Shown piece by piece: positions 62,181 through 64,000 of a stretch of DNA of 64,000 bases. The stretch spans positions 4,733,824-4,797,823 of the forward strand of contig MU054391.1 of assembly GCA_013239625.1 (NCBI GenBank), in the 5' to 3' direction. The notes under the pieces were generated by a model, which saw nothing but the letters and a program-made list of their open reading frames with translations, did not search any database and was not told the DNA's origin. Both the position numbers and the translations under genes were made by a program. Origin of the DNA: Lama guanicoe (taxonomy: Eukaryota). Each line of letters starts with the position of its first letter. The first letter of the stretch is position 1.

Positions 62181-63504
62181 GACCGGAGTAGACACTCGCT
62201 ACATGGCAGGCAACATCATCTGTTTCCTGATCGCTGACGGTACCCACGGCGCGTGCCACATGTGTTCCCATTGGCATCCTGTTTTTTGCTGCCTTTCCTA
62301 GTAGCTCCTTGAAATAAGGAATCACAGCATATACCCTAGAGGTCTCTGGCACTTTGAGGGGCTTAAGATAAACATCACTTTTTCAAACTGATGCTAAATA
62401 TTCAGAGTAAAAGTTTCACAAAGAAAAAGAAAATACACAGATTTGAAGGTTTGATGTGGCTTTGGAAAAAGCAGCTAAAATTAGTTTGGCAAATCAGGTG
62501 AAACTTGTGGCCTGCTCCCCTCAACTGCATCTCCTAAAACTACACTTTTATGATGCTATGAACAGTTGCATTTTTATTGGATGATAGTAAGTAAAAGTGC
62601 ACAAAAGAACTCTGCTGAAATCAAGAATTCTCTGGCGCCCCCGAACCAAGCCTGGTTGTGTGTTTTAAAACAATTTTCATTTGGCCTCCTGTATTGTTAT
62701 TCTTGCCGGCATCACCCCGAGATGTGGGGAGTGCGCCTGGAGCCGGGATGGCCTGAGAGCCCCATCACAGCCTCAGTCTCTGGGAATTACAGCCTTGGCC
62801 CATGAGACCCTCCCTTCCAGCCAGCTCACCTCGCAGCCACAGCAGCGGTTTCTAGAAAGGGGTGAGGCCAGATGTACAAATAACAGCCTTGAGCACCGAG
62901 GGTCCAAGAGGGAACCAGAAGCAAAGGGAGAGTGTGGGCCACACCAGGCTCTGAGCTCCCCGGTAACACCTGGACTTCATCTCCATCCGCGCCTTACGTC
63001 GCCGTGACGCGGAGGAAGAGGAGGCGGAGGACGAGGAGTAGGTGCCATCAGCCTCCCCTCATTCAGCCCCTTGTTGAGGGGATGAGACTGTATTTGCAAC
63101 TGTTTACTGACTTTTCCCCTCAGCTAAGCTTGCCTAGCACGGGAGGCCGTGGTCCAGCCATGCGGCTGCGAGGAGCACGGACACAGAGGATGCCAAGGGT
63201 TGACCCCTTACGTCGGCTGTGAGGAGAGGACGGTAACAACATTCTGTCCACCTGGAGAGGCCGATGCCCCTTCTGTGACCCGTCTTTGCCCCACCTGGCA
63301 GAGGTCCAGCAGGCTACAGAACACTGTTCTTGTAGAAATTAATTCAAAGCTTTAAGAAATGAATGATGAAAATTACTTTGGATCCATTTATCAGATGAAA
63401 AGATACACGCACGCACACACACACAGGCACACCAATTACTCCACATCAGGGACAACACTCAGCTCTTGTCACACGTCGTTTACATTGCTGCAGGTGGTCC
63501 CGGT

Positions 63505-63620
63505 GTCCCCATTTTACAGATGAGGAACTAAGGCTCTAAGGCGTAGGAATCCCTGCCCGAGGTCCATGCGTGTAAGTCGTGCAGCTGGGAGCCCGTGCAG
63601 ACCTGGCGGAACTCAAAGCC
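63505..63620 (-). mobile_element. MIR SINE fragment
   Basis: gtccccattttacagatgaggaactaaggct. Confidence 0.65.
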
Positions 63621-64000
63621 CGCGCTCTCACCGGCTGCGGTCCAGCGCTCCCAGGACACCGCAGGGACGACGGCTCTCCTGGGCTCGGAGCTCAGGCTCA
63701 CACAGGTCCATTGCTGCCTCTCTGTCGCCCTGGGAAAGTCTGAGGCCTCAGAGATGGAGGAGGGGCACAAGTGGGGGACCTGGCCTGGGTGAGCGCCCCC
63801 AAAGGAGACCTGGGGTAGGATTATCTCAATGAGCTTCTGTGACCTCCTGTTGCTTGAATCATTTAAAAGTATTTTTAGGTCATACGTGCTCATTATAGAA
63901 AATCAGGGGGAAACAGATTACTATGAAGAAGAAACAGAAAATGATCTGCATTGTCTTAGTGCCCAGGTAGAGCCTCTGTTCCTATCCTGATGCTTTCCTT

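Noticed and set aside
1..64000. Host gene name; CRISPR arrays, operons, or miRNA/snoRNA genes
   Set aside because: No coding exon was recognised, so no gene symbol can be supported. No repeat-spacer array or recognisable small-RNA gene was seen, and the DNA is mammalian, so prokaryotic systems do not apply.

Overview
This is mammalian, mostly non-coding DNA. Three tRNA-Ala(AGC)-derived SINEs and a recurring L1 3' UTR type point to a camelid (alpaca, llama or camel); that is inferred from recalled repeat families, not from a search. I found no protein-coding exon I could recognise. The long ORFs in the track are explained by low-complexity sequence, GC-rich DNA or decayed L1/ERV sequence. A ~1 kb CpG island (~37.4-38.4 kb) looks like a promoter, and splice signals plus L1/LTR orientation bias suggest a minus-strand gene running leftward from it. 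One candidate 68-nt exon at 61-128 has strong splice sites, but the gene is not identified. The rest is L1, HAL1, L2, MIR, MaLR/ERVL and hAT remnants, microsatellites, and a 105-N gap that looks artefactual. The most notable items are a near-intact 401-bp solo LTR with promoter motifs at 45100-45500, a composite L1 insertion, a 50-nt L1 micro-insertion and a 382-nt polypurine tract. I see no convincing evidence of a new biological system. Repeat names come from recalled consensus sequences, and boundaries are approximate unless a TSD or TIR is given.
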